The position numbers and the translations under genes were made by a program. Below the pieces are notes generated by a model. That model ran no database searches. It was not told where the DNA came from and worked only from the letters and a program-made list of their open reading frames with translations. Shown in pieces: positions 1 through 9,869 of a stretch of 64,000 bases of DNA; within the stretch, counting starts at the first letter, position 1, and every line of letters starts with the position of its first letter. Source of the stretch: a virus; IMG/VR virus record IMGVR_UViG_2795385957_000001. The stretch is one strand, 5' to 3'.

Positions 1-1541
<1,541 letters not shown>

Positions 1542-1860
1542 ATCCAGCTCCCGACTCACGATGGAAAACACTACCTGCGCTAACTAAGTAAATTCTTAGC
1601 TCGCAGGTGACCCGCCGTGCGAGGGGCGGGCGGCAACTTCCAAGGTCGTCGATCGCGCAGTCTGGTGACGAATCAACATCAGAGTTCTGTGAAATCTGGT
1701 GTCCTTCAAGGGGTATCACTACATGCCGGATAGTTTCAATGTGACGCAAGGGGTGTGTCGCCTGCGGGTGTGAGCTTGGTTGTAAACAAGCGGAGCCGCG
1801 CGCGCTGGGATATCGGAGTTGGTGTTGGCGGGCGCGCCTAGTAGAACTAGGTGGTCTATG

Positions 1861-1937
1861 GCCCCCATAGCCCAATTGGCAGAGGCAGCGGACTTAAAAT
1901 CCGCCAAGTGTCGGTTCGAGTCCGACTGGGGGCACCA
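1861..1937 (+). tRNA. tRNA-Leu, anticodon TAA, with encoded CCA
   Basis: Acceptor stem GCCCCCA/TGGGGGC, anticodon arm GCGGA-CTTAAAA-TCCGC, T-arm GTCGG-TTCGAGT-CCGAC, ends ACCA. Confidence 0.95.
1888..1936 (+). repeat. attL core (49 bp, 3' part of tRNA-Leu)
   Basis: Identical to 61435-61483. Confidence 0.95.
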
Positions 1938-2072
1938 GGTCAGACGCCACTTAGTGTAGCCTCACTGTACTCATTACTGTACCCGATCGAAAGGCCGCAT
2001 ACCTTACGTGTACACCTCGCGTGCGGTATGCATCCATCTGTCGGGCCATCGGCCATTTAATGAGCTGCTGAG

Positions 2073-2846
2073 CTAGGGGCAATCCGGGTAGATGGACATC
2101 GCGGTGCGTACGAACTCCACAGCCTGATCCAGGGGAGTATTCGTCTCTGCGCTGAGGGACTGCTGTACGAACTGCACGGTGTTGCCCTGAGTGAGCAGTG
2201 AGCATGATTGCCGTGCGTTGTGGGTCATCCCGTCCGCATCGGTGATAGTCCATCCCAGTGCCCGCATCTTGCTCAAGAACTTCTGGTCGTAGACGGCGGG
2301 CTGCACGTCGGCGGGTTTCGGGCAGTAGTGCTCGAGTGCCGCGGTCACGATGATCCGGGCTTTGTCGTACGGGTAAGCGGTTCGCTTTTCGGCGATAGTC
2401 ATCGCCAGATCGACTATCTGCATGGAAGGGTTGTCGCGGTGGGTGACGCAGGTGGCTTGCCCCATCTGGATGAGTGACCCGCGGTTTACGTCCGAGACCG
2501 GGATTCCTTGGCTGAAGACATCCGCTAGGTATGCGTCGTCGACGGGTGATTTCGGATCTGCCGCAACAACCTTCGGAGGCTCAGCGACGACCGTGGTCGG
2601 CGGCGGGGCAGTAGGTTTTGGGCTTTGGCCGAAGAAGACGTACGCGCCACCGGCAACCAATCCTGCGACCGCTGCTGTAGCGGCGAAGATGACCCCGCTG
2701 ATCAACCAGTTGCGTCTACGGGGATCGTCGTACGGTTCAGGCTCTTCAATCTCTTCCGTCTCGGACCAGGCCGTGGGTGCAGTCTCCACAACGCCGGTCT
2801 CAGCCAGAGCGGCAGGCGACACCATTGTCGGCTCTTGCTCTTCCAT
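2073..2846 (-). CDS. Membrane-anchored protein with two DUF732-like domains
   Basis: One TM segment, Pro-rich linker, two units of the form D..YL/FL...C...A...CP. Start placed at ATG 2846 after RBS AAGGGAGG. Confidence 0.7.
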   Translation of the reverse strand: MEEQEPTMVSPAALAETGVVETAPTAWSETEEIEEPEPYDDPRRRNWLISGVIFAATAAVAGLVAGGAYVFFGQSPKPTAPPPTTVVAEPPKVVAADPKSPVDDAYLADVFSQGIPVSDVNRGSLIQMGQATCVTHRDNPSMQIVDLAMTIAEKRTAYPYDKARIIVTAALEHYCPKPADVQPAVYDQKFLSKMRALGWTITDADGMTHNARQSCSLLTQGNTVQFVQQSLSAETNTPLDQAVEFVRTAMSIYPDCP

Positions 2847-2870
2847 GAGCCCTCCCTTGACCTGCACATT

Positions 2871-3026
2871 CTACGCGTGATCAAGATTCGTTGGGAGTCC
2901 TTGCGCCAACCTCTCCCGCACTCTTCTTGCGGCCAACATAGGGCAATCGGTACCCCCACAGCCCAACTCGCAAGGCCTTCCTCGGTATCCGCACTTTGGG
3001 CAAAACGTGGGAATGTCCTCGCTCAT
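2871..3026 (-). CDS. Small Cys-rich hypothetical protein (51 aa)
   Basis: MSEDIPTFCPKCGYRGRPCELGCGGTDC...; ATGA overlap with the stop of 3023-3265. Confidence 0.55.
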   Translation of the reverse strand: MSEDIPTFCPKCGYRGRPCELGCGGTDCPMLAARRVRERLAQGLPTNLDHA

Positions 3027-3265
3027 CCGGCCTCCTCAATCGGTGGCTCGTCGCCGAAGATGTAGTGGCAGGCCCACTGGTAGAACTCGGCATGCCCGGC
3101 GGGGTTGTCGCTACATAAGCGTAGCCAGCCGCGCAATTCATACAGGGTGCTGCTGTCATCGCGCATCCTGTCTGCGCGCTCACGTTCAAGCTGCAAATCT
3201 CGCTGCGCCATCATCGCGGCTATCTGTGAGCGCACCGGCTCGGGCAGTTCGTGCTTTTCGTTCAT
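3023..3265 (-). CDS. Hypothetical protein
   Basis: 80 aa ORF with 4-bp overlaps to both neighbours. Confidence 0.65.
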   Translation of the reverse strand: MNEKHELPEPVRSQIAAMMAQRDLQLERERADRMRDDSSTLYELRGWLRLCSDNPAGHAEFYQWACHYIFGDEPPIEEAG

Positions 3266-3483
3266 TCGGACACCAACTCACTGCGTAGCTTCCGCAGCTT
3301 CGCCAACCCTTGGTTAACCTGCTCTTGAGTGACCTTGCGGGCATTCGGGAACATGCCATGAAACTCTTCGACCGACAAGTTCCCCATATCCGTGTCAGCC
3401 TCAACGTTCATGGCACAGTCGCTCTCGATGCTGACGTTCCAAAATGGGTAGTACATGAATCGGACGTAGTACCAGTCGCTCAT
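3262..3483 (-). CDS. Hypothetical protein behind conserved 44-bp element
   Basis: 73 aa ORF whose ATG is the end of the element at 3481-3524. Confidence 0.7.
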   Translation of the reverse strand: MSDWYYVRFMYYPFWNVSIESDCAMNVEADTDMGNLSVEEFHGMFPNARKVTQEQVNQGLAKLRKLRSELVSE

Positions 3484-3524
3484 ACCTCAATTATCCGCCG
3501 TTTCAACCGGAGTCGCGGTGTCTA
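3481..3524 (-). promoter_or_regulatory. Conserved stop-to-start element, copy 1 (probable leaderless promoter)
   Basis: TAGACACCGCGACTCCGGTTGAAACGGCGGATAATTGAGGTATG; the TAG is the acyltransferase stop. Confidence 0.75.
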
Positions 3525-4544
3525 GACGGACACCACTTGTTTCCGTTTCTTCAACGCCAGTGCTCGTTTCTCAACAATGAACCAGCTCATTGCCGCCAGG
3601 GGCAGGGTTAGCAAGGTCGCTAGGACGAAGAATGGGAACACCCCGAGTGTTCCGAGGCCGATGATGACGAGTAGCTGTTGGATGGGGAAGGCGTAGATGT
3701 ACACCCCGTAGGACAGGTCGTTGCGCAGGTTCGGGCGTTTGAGCATAGCGCCGGACGCTATGACGAGGTACGCCAAGGGGATTGCTGCCAACACCCGATA
3801 ATTCGGTAGCAGCCCGGAGATAAGCACCACTCCTGCTGCTAAGGCGATGAGCGACCAGCGGGCGGGGATCTTGTCTTGGTATTGGTAGATCAACGCCCCC
3901 GCCGCGAACATCACCGCGAACCGGGTGACCATCTGGGGGATGGTCTGCATCGCGAACGCCGGATACCCGAACACCGCCGTCCCACACAGTGCGAGCACGA
4001 AAGCTACAGGGATGGTCGACCGGTATTTCAGCAGCCCTGTGACACCGAGGATGGCGACGAAGATGTAGCAGCCCATCTCAAAGGTGAGGGTCCACAAAGA
4101 CCCATTCCACACCCCCGGCCACGGAACATCCTGAGGTGTCCCACCAATGCCGGGATAGAAGGGGTTCAGTAGGCCGCCGTTGATGATGTAGGCGACCGCC
4201 GACATGGGGCTGGGCATCGTCCCGTGCTTGATCCACACACTTACCGGTGCGATCACAAACGCGGTGATCAGTAGGCACACCCACAGCCCGGGAAAGATCC
4301 GCAAACAGCGGGCGGTGAAGTACGTCTTCGGATTTGGGTGCCGCATCCAGCTGGAAGTGATCAGGAACCCCGATACCGCGAAGAACCCATCCACCCCCAC
4401 TTGGGAAAGCAGTTGAGTGATCGGCCTAGCAGGAATCTCATGGCCGGTTAATGGCCAGGTGTGCCAAAGGATTACAGAGGTAGCGAGAATGAGCCGCCAC
4501 GCATTGAGCGCGTTGTTACGCGGATCGAACACCCGTCCCAGCAC
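3522..4544 (-). CDS. Acyltransferase family 3 (OafA/YrhL-like) membrane O-acyltransferase
   Basis: About 10 TM segments; motifs R..LA..VI.WH, GVDGFFAVSGFLI, R.LRIFP, WNGSLWTL.FE, DLSYGVYIY.FP. Confidence 0.9.
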   Translation of the reverse strand: MLGRVFDPRNNALNAWRLILATSVILWHTWPLTGHEIPARPITQLLSQVGVDGFFAVSGFLITSSWMRHPNPKTYFTARCLRIFPGLWVCLLITAFVIAPVSVWIKHGTMPSPMSAVAYIINGGLLNPFYPGIGGTPQDVPWPGVWNGSLWTLTFEMGCYIFVAILGVTGLLKYRSTIPVAFVLALCGTAVFGYPAFAMQTIPQMVTRFAVMFAAGALIYQYQDKIPARWSLIALAAGVVLISGLLPNYRVLAAIPLAYLVIASGAMLKRPNLRNDLSYGVYIYAFPIQQLLVIIGLGTLGVFPFFVLATLLTLPLAAMSWFIVEKRALALKKRKQVVSV

Positions 4545-4637
4545 TGCCCCTCCAAACCCCGGTCCGCTGGACTGTACGCCTAAACAAGATCACCCACAGC
4601 CATTTCACAGCAGGGGCGAAAAGGGTATGAATATCGG

Positions 4638-5411
4638 GTGCCTTTTGTCGATGTGAACGGTCAGAGAATCCACTACACCGATAGTGGGGAAGGGCCTGTC
4701 ATTGTGGCAACCCACGCCACTTTGATGGATACGGTTTCCTTGGAGCCGTTGACTTCCCGGCTCCCCGGCCGAGTTGTTTCATTCGACCTACGCGGCCACG
4801 GCAAGACCGTGTACGACAAGCAGCCCTACGACTACAACGATGTCGCCGAAGACGTTCTAGCCCTCGTCGACCACCTCGGGATTACGACATTCACCTTCCT
4901 GGGGGAGGGGCAGGGCGCGGTCGTCGCGTTGCGCACCGCCCTCAAAGCCCCGGATCGGGTTGAGCAGCTGGTCCTGATCGGCCCCACAGCTGATGCGCCT
5001 TCGGTATCGGAGAACGCGGCACTGGACGCTGCGATGGATATCTGGTGCACCACCGGCCCGGACCCATCGGTGTATGCGCGGGTGGCCGAGCACGCCACCG
5101 GATCCCCGGAGGACGCCGCGGATCTACTGCAACGGTGGACGGATTCGGCATGGAAGGACTACCGGCCCGCCGCGGATGCTCTCGCGAATCGGACACGGTT
5201 CGTTGATGAGCTACCCAAAATCACCTGCCCCGCTCTCGTGGTGCACGGGTCAGCGGATTTCTTTGTTCCGGCGGTGTTCGGCAGGGAGGTCGCCGACAAC
5301 CTCGGCGGACCCACCTCATGGGTGGAGATTCCCACACAGGAGCAGGCGATCACTATGGCGTTTGACTCGCGGGTTGGTGATGCGGTTGTTGGTTGGCTTG
5401 CCGATCAATAA
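4638..5411 (+). CDS. Alpha/beta hydrolase fold protein with degenerate catalytic residues
   Basis: FDLRGHGKT and P.LVVHGSAD motifs are present. The nucleophile elbow reads GEGQG and there is no C-terminal His. Confidence 0.85.
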   Translation: MPFVDVNGQRIHYTDSGEGPVIVATHATLMDTVSLEPLTSRLPGRVVSFDLRGHGKTVYDKQPYDYNDVAEDVLALVDHLGITTFTFLGEGQGAVVALRTALKAPDRVEQLVLIGPTADAPSVSENAALDAAMDIWCTTGPDPSVYARVAEHATGSPEDAADLLQRWTDSAWKDYRPAADALANRTRFVDELPKITCPALVVHGSADFFVPAVFGREVADNLGGPTSWVEIPTQEQAITMAFDSRVGDAVVGWLADQ

Positions 5412-6099
5412 CCGCGCCGAACAGCAGCATCCCTGAGGTGGAGCGGGTGTGCCACGCCCTCATGTCCACGGTCAGGAGTTCACGGCTTTCCAGGTCACGC
5501 AGAATCCATGGCCGGGTGGCCGGGTCGACGGGGATGATCTGCGCGTCCCATTGCGTTCGGAACGCGCGGATCGGCATGAGCGAGCTTATGACTTCCTGGA
5601 GTCCGGGGTCTTTGGGCGCGGCGGCAATCCCGAACCGCAGAAGTCCGACACACCACTCGGAAGTTTCGTTCCAGTTCTGGATGACATCACGTGCTTTCAC
5701 TGAGTGGTAATGCCAGTGCACCAGATTCGGTGTCATCCACAAACCGGGAAACAGCCGCCTAAACGCTTCATTAGATTCCTGGACCGTCCACCCCGCATCC
5801 ATCCATGCCGCGGGGTGCGGCTCAATAGCCTGCAAATAGGAAGCGATGTCGACCACTCCTGTCGATTCGGCACTCACCCGACCCCCTAGTGCGTAGAGGT
5901 ACTGAATCTCCCACGAGCTTAGGTTCAGTGCCCTAGTGAGGCTGTCGAGGCCATTGCCGGTTGCGGTGCGCCTACCTGCCTCGAAATGTTGTATTTGACC
6001 GACGGTATAGCCGGTCCGTTGAGCCAGCTGTCGCTGCGACATCTGAGCCCGATCTCGTACCGCCCGCAAAAACTGGCCTTGGCTGTGACCAGAGACCAT
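5353..6099 (-). CDS. XRE-HTH regulator with MmyB-like ligand-binding domain
   Basis: N-terminal GQFLRAVR...MSQRQLA...FEAGRR HTH, then HPAAWMD..WTV...NEAF..LFP, as in MmyB/MltR proteins. Confidence 0.8.
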   Translation of the reverse strand: MVSGHSQGQFLRAVRDRAQMSQRQLAQRTGYTVGQIQHFEAGRRTATGNGLDSLTRALNLSSWEIQYLYALGGRVSAESTGVVDIASYLQAIEPHPAAWMDAGWTVQESNEAFRRLFPGLWMTPNLVHWHYHSVKARDVIQNWNETSEWCVGLLRFGIAAAPKDPGLQEVISSLMPIRAFRTQWDAQIIPVDPATRPWILRDLESRELLTVDMRAWHTRSTSGMLLFGAVIDRQANQQPHHQPASQTP

Positions 6100-6123
6100 G
6101 ATCCAACTTTAAAGCAACTTCAA

Positions 6124-6149
6124 GGGGGGCTACAGATCTGTAGCCCCCC
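6124..6149. promoter_or_regulatory. Perfect 26-bp palindrome, probable operator
   Basis: GGGGGGCTACAGATCTGTAGCCCCCC, between the divergent genes starting at 6099 (-) and 6386 (+). Confidence 0.7.
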
Positions 6150-6385
6150 AACCTATTGACCACTGTGACTGGTGGTGCTTTGGTTTCTATCAGGTGAACA
6201 GCAGCTCACAGCCTGAAGTTGTTGCGAATCAATACATCTCAACTAGATGGACGCTGCGACCTGCGGGTCTTGGCGCCCAGTGATCAAGCACACCAATTTT
6301 CGCTATAAGAGGAGCAAATCGTGCTCGAAAATCCCGCCCGGACACCTGAATCCGAATTCACCATAGTTAGTGGTCGGGGGACCAC

Positions 6386-7138
6386 ATGTCGGCTCTCGGG
6401 GGGCGGGCCACGGTGCTCACTCCCTTAATGGCATTCACGCTTTCGACGATCTGCTGGTCGCTGTGGGTTAGGCGATACACATGGCGGCGGTCCGGCGAAG
6501 TCTGCCTCACCCTGAACCTTGCAATGCAAGGAGGTGCCGTGGCGTTGATGAGCCCGATCTCCTCCGCGACCATCGGACACTGGTTGCACCGCGCCACGGG
6601 GCATCACAATTTAGAGGACTACATCGGCTTGGATTTGTACGTTCTGGCCGCAACGGCTGTTGTGATGGACGCCTTACATCACCTCGACATTGACCGCGGT
6701 GACAGGTTCCGACGGTTCGTGGAAGTGCCCGCCACGCTCACCATCCCGACATTGCTGCCCCTTTTCGCGCTGGGGGGCGGCGTGCGTGTCTATCATCCCG
6801 ATATCTTTCGCGTGCCCGTTACGGATGGGTGGTTCCTAGCTTTCTGGCTAGTGCTGTGCTCGTCCCTGATTTACTTCCTGATCTACGCCATGCGCTCACT
6901 GGTGCCACTGTGGAAACATCGGCCAAGCAGGCGAATAGCAGGGATATACATGACCGCCACCGCATCGGGCATCCTCGCTTGCCTTGCCCGCATCACCACC
7001 GCGTTTATGCCGAGTGAAGTTCAGGACACTATGACGGCAAGCCTGGCTGTGTGGGTTCCAGCGTTGGGCTGCGGCGCTATTTTCGCGCTCGCCGCCGGCT
7101 GGGTGTGGGTCTCCCGGACGCGTCTTGTTCCCCTGTAG
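6386..7138 (+). CDS. Multi-pass membrane protein (about 7 TM)
   Basis: 250 aa with alternating hydrophobic segments; resembles actinobacterial regulator-associated membrane proteins. Confidence 0.75.
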   Translation: MSALGGRATVLTPLMAFTLSTICWSLWVRRYTWRRSGEVCLTLNLAMQGGAVALMSPISSATIGHWLHRATGHHNLEDYIGLDLYVLAATAVVMDALHHLDIDRGDRFRRFVEVPATLTIPTLLPLFALGGGVRVYHPDIFRVPVTDGWFLAFWLVLCSSLIYFLIYAMRSLVPLWKHRPSRRIAGIYMTATASGILACLARITTAFMPSEVQDTMTASLAVWVPALGCGAIFALAAGWVWVSRTRLVPL

Positions 7139-7559
7139 CCAGCCTTGCTTGGTTCACGGGCACATGCTTGGGGTCGTACGGGGCCTCCTCGGTTTCGTGG
7201 CCTTCCGACGATGCATCCGGCTTCGGTGCAGCTTCCACGACATTGCGTACCTCCTTTAATCGGCGGGTTACTTCGGCCAGCAGCTCGTCATCTGAGCGAT
7301 GGGCTAATGGGCGGTCTACCTCCACGACGTTCTCAGTGTCGGATGCGTGCAGGTATCCGGCTATAAGGAATGCCTCTAAGACTGGGGACTTCAATGCAGC
7401 GGCGACAGCCCGCAAGTCCACAGGATTGGGCCGCTGCCCCCTTCGCCATTTGGTGATCGTGGACTTGTTGAGACCTGCCGCTTCGGCGACTGCCGCTGCG
7501 GTCGTATGACGTTCTGCGATCCTCGCGTCTAGCCACCCGATCAGTTCCCTGTTTCCCAT
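7077..7559 (-). CDS. Immunity repressor (XRE HTH)
   Basis: TTAAAVAEAAGLNKSTITKWRRG HTH, divergent from a cro-like gene. Start placed at ATG 7559. Confidence 0.8.
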   Translation of the reverse strand: MGNRELIGWLDARIAERHTTAAAVAEAAGLNKSTITKWRRGQRPNPVDLRAVAAALKSPVLEAFLIAGYLHASDTENVVEVDRPLAHRSDDELLAEVTRRLKEVRNVVEAAPKPDASSEGHETEEAPYDPKHVPVNQARLATGEQDASGRPTPSRRRARK

Positions 7560-7597
7560 ATCGGCAGCGTAAGCCCATGGTTGACGCAACTCCACCG

Positions 7598-7785
7598 GTT
7601 GCGGTAACGCAACCATGGTTGCACCTAAATTGCACGTTTGTCATTCGGCACGTCGAGGAGTGGTTTCGCCGCTTCTAGGGGGTGTAGAAATTCTCCAAAG
7701 TTGCCGTATAGAAACTAGTTGCGTGTCGGCAACCCGCGGTGTATGGTCTGAGTTGCCGGGAAGAAACCGGATGCCAATCGGAAAC
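7598..7785. promoter_or_regulatory. Repressor/Cro operator array and rightward promoter
   Basis: G(T/A)TGC-N6-G(C/A)AAC at 7598, 7700, 7718, 7752 and 7770. Promoter TTGCGT(7719)-N17-TATGGT(7742). Confidence 0.75.
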
Positions 7786-7804
7786 ATCATCAGGAGGGCC
7801 TGCT

Positions 7805-8047
7805 ATGACTCGCGGATTCGCGATCAAGATGGGGCGCGTCAAGCGGGAGATGAAGAAACGTGGTCTGGCCGACTACGCCGCCATGGCTCGGGATATCGGT
7901 GTCAACAAGAGCACTACGTGGCGCGTGATGAACGGTCATGCGCGTCCGGGTCCAGACTTCGTTAACGCACTGCTTGACGCATGGGGACTTGAGTTCCATG
8001 ACCTATTCGACGATCCCCGCAAGACCCGACCGAAGAGGGCGGCATGA
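7805..8047 (+). CDS. Cro-like HTH protein
   Basis: YAAMARDIGVNKSTTWRVMNG HTH; RBS AGGAGG before ATG 7805. Confidence 0.8.
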   Translation: MTRGFAIKMGRVKREMKKRGLADYAAMARDIGVNKSTTWRVMNGHARPGPDFVNALLDAWGLEFHDLFDDPRKTRPKRAA

Positions 8048-8979
8048 CTGAGTGCCCAACTCCAGAGAAGGGGCGCTACCGATCGCAGGCGGAAGCCAAG
8101 AAAGCGCAGCGACGCAGGTACGCGGGATACGGGCGACAGAAGCCGCACCTCTATCCCTATGAATGCCCGAGCGGTGAGCACTGGCACCTAACCCACCACA
8201 CACCGGAGAAGCAGATGGCGACGTTCGATAAGAACACCAAGGGCGCAGGCCTGGTGGCCACCTCCAACATGTTCGAGGACTCCAACGTCCGGCACGTCTT
8301 CACCGACCAACCGCTATGGATTGGACGTGACATCTGTGACGCCGTAGGTATCTCCAAGTATCGCGATGCTGTCGCGCAGCTCGACGCTGACGAAAGGGTG
8401 TCCGTGGTCGTGGACACCCTTGGCGGTCCGCAGAACATGACCGCCGTCACCGAGGCGGGGGTTTGGTCACTCCTACTCATCAGCCGCTCACCCAAGGTGA
8501 AGCCATTCAAGCGCTGGCTCACCCATGAGGTACTTCCCTCAATCCGAAAGACCGGCCAGTACGGCCAGGCCTCCAACATTGCCCTTCCGGATCGCTCAAC
8601 ACTCGCGCAGTGGGTGATCGAGGCCGAAGCCCGGCTAGGCGTAGCCGAAGCCAAGGTTGCCGAACTGGAACCCAAGGCTGAGTTCTACGACGAACTCATG
8701 GACGCTGACGGCACCTACTCATTCCTAGCGGTGTCCAAGATGATCGGCTGGGGCCGCAACATCATGATGGCCGAGCTCCGTAAGTCCGGGGTTCTCCAGA
8801 AGAACAACCTCCCGTACCAGCGCTACGAGCACCACTTCAAGGTCACACCCCAGACGTTCATCAACCGCAAGACCGGCGAGACCGTGCCCACCGCAACTAC
8901 ATCGGTGTGGCCCAGTGGAATCGAGTTCATCCGCAAGAAGTTGGCGCAGACATCTGAACTCATGGAGGTGACGGCATGA
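8044..8979 (+). CDS. Antirepressor (Bro-N plus ANT/KilAC) with an extra N-terminal Cys/His domain
   Basis: VTEAGVWSLLLISR...FKRWLTHEVLPSIRKTGQY (Bro-N); PKAEFYD...PYQRY (ANT). Confidence 0.88.
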   Translation: MTECPTPEKGRYRSQAEAKKAQRRRYAGYGRQKPHLYPYECPSGEHWHLTHHTPEKQMATFDKNTKGAGLVATSNMFEDSNVRHVFTDQPLWIGRDICDAVGISKYRDAVAQLDADERVSVVVDTLGGPQNMTAVTEAGVWSLLLISRSPKVKPFKRWLTHEVLPSIRKTGQYGQASNIALPDRSTLAQWVIEAEARLGVAEAKVAELEPKAEFYDELMDADGTYSFLAVSKMIGWGRNIMMAELRKSGVLQKNNLPYQRYEHHFKVTPQTFINRKTGETVPTATTSVWPSGIEFIRKKLAQTSELMEVTA

Positions 8980-9167
8980 CCGATTCAAACCGGGTGCTCT
9001 ATGACCGCGACGGCGCCGCCGAACAGCTATCAACAAGTGCGCGGCGGGTGGATGATCTCAGGCGCGCACGACTACTACTCGCTGTCCGTGATGGACGTGA
9101 ATGGAAGTACACCGCAGCCGAACTCCGGCGATACGCCGAATCCCTACCCTCGTCGGAATCGGCGTGA
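8976..9167 (+). CDS. Excisionase-like HTH protein
   Basis: 63 aa, AAEQLSTSARRVDDLRR...GREWKY, winged-helix pattern. Confidence 0.7.
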   Translation: MTDSNRVLYDRDGAAEQLSTSARRVDDLRRARLLLAVRDGREWKYTAAELRRYAESLPSSESA

Positions 9168-9264
9168 CGCTTTCAACAACTGAATAACCCCCGAACGCTG
9201 GGGCGGGACATCTTGGCGGAAGACCGCCCCAGCGCCACTGCAACCAACACCTTGGAGGTGTGGC

Positions 9265-9573
9265 GTGTTCAAGCATAGATCCATCGCGGCGGTAGCCGTA
9301 ATCCTCACCGCGGTTTCATGTGCTCCACCAGCTCATGCGGACTCGGCTCAAGACCTAGCCGAAAAGTACGGCATCTCAGTGTGCCGCAGTCTGGATGCTG
9401 ATCCCACGATCGATGGGGTTCTCAACACCGGGGTATCACTCACCAAAAAAGCGAACATCGACCCGTATGTAGCGGGACAAGTGTTGGCGTACAGCGCCAT
9501 CTGGTTTTGTCCCACTCACATCACTCTCTTGAAGCGGTTCGCCGACTACTACAAGGGAGGGCGAGAAGCATGA
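9265..9573 (+). CDS. Secreted DUF732-like protein
   Basis: Signal peptide ending PAHAD; VC..LD and WFCP motifs. Confidence 0.7.
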   Translation: MFKHRSIAAVAVILTAVSCAPPAHADSAQDLAEKYGISVCRSLDADPTIDGVLNTGVSLTKKANIDPYVAGQVLAYSAIWFCPTHITLLKRFADYYKGGREA

Positions 9574-9869
9574 GCGAGAATCTGAATCCGACCGAGGCGC
9601 AGCGGGAGGCGATGGTGGGCGTCTTGCGTGAACGGTTTGACGTTCTCGGATTTCACACGGTCGACAAAATGATCGCCGCCGCTAACAGCATCGCCGATGG
9701 TGCACCTGTTGGCACCATCGCACGACGACCAGACGGGGAGTGGATCGCAGTACGAAAAGCGCACTGGAGGTATTGGGCTCCAGACGGAGCGCGTATTGCC
9801 GACGGTATGCCACGGTCGGACGACGCCGACTCTTGGCCGGTCATCTACAGCCCTGAGGCTGGGTCATGA
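9570..9869 (+). CDS. Hypothetical protein, paralogue of the N-terminus of 11589-12995
   Basis: Shares PTEAQR.AM...MIAAANSIA.GAPVGT...RPDG. Confidence 0.75.
   Translation: MSENLNPTEAQREAMVGVLRERFDVLGFHTVDKMIAAANSIADGAPVGTIARRPDGEWIAVRKAHWRYWAPDGARIADGMPRSDDADSWPVIYSPEAGS

Noticed and set aside
1937..7138. Polymorphic toxin/ESX (WXG100) cassette of the kind common in M. abscessus prophages
   Set aside because: No WXG100, toxin or immunity gene is recognisable near either att site.
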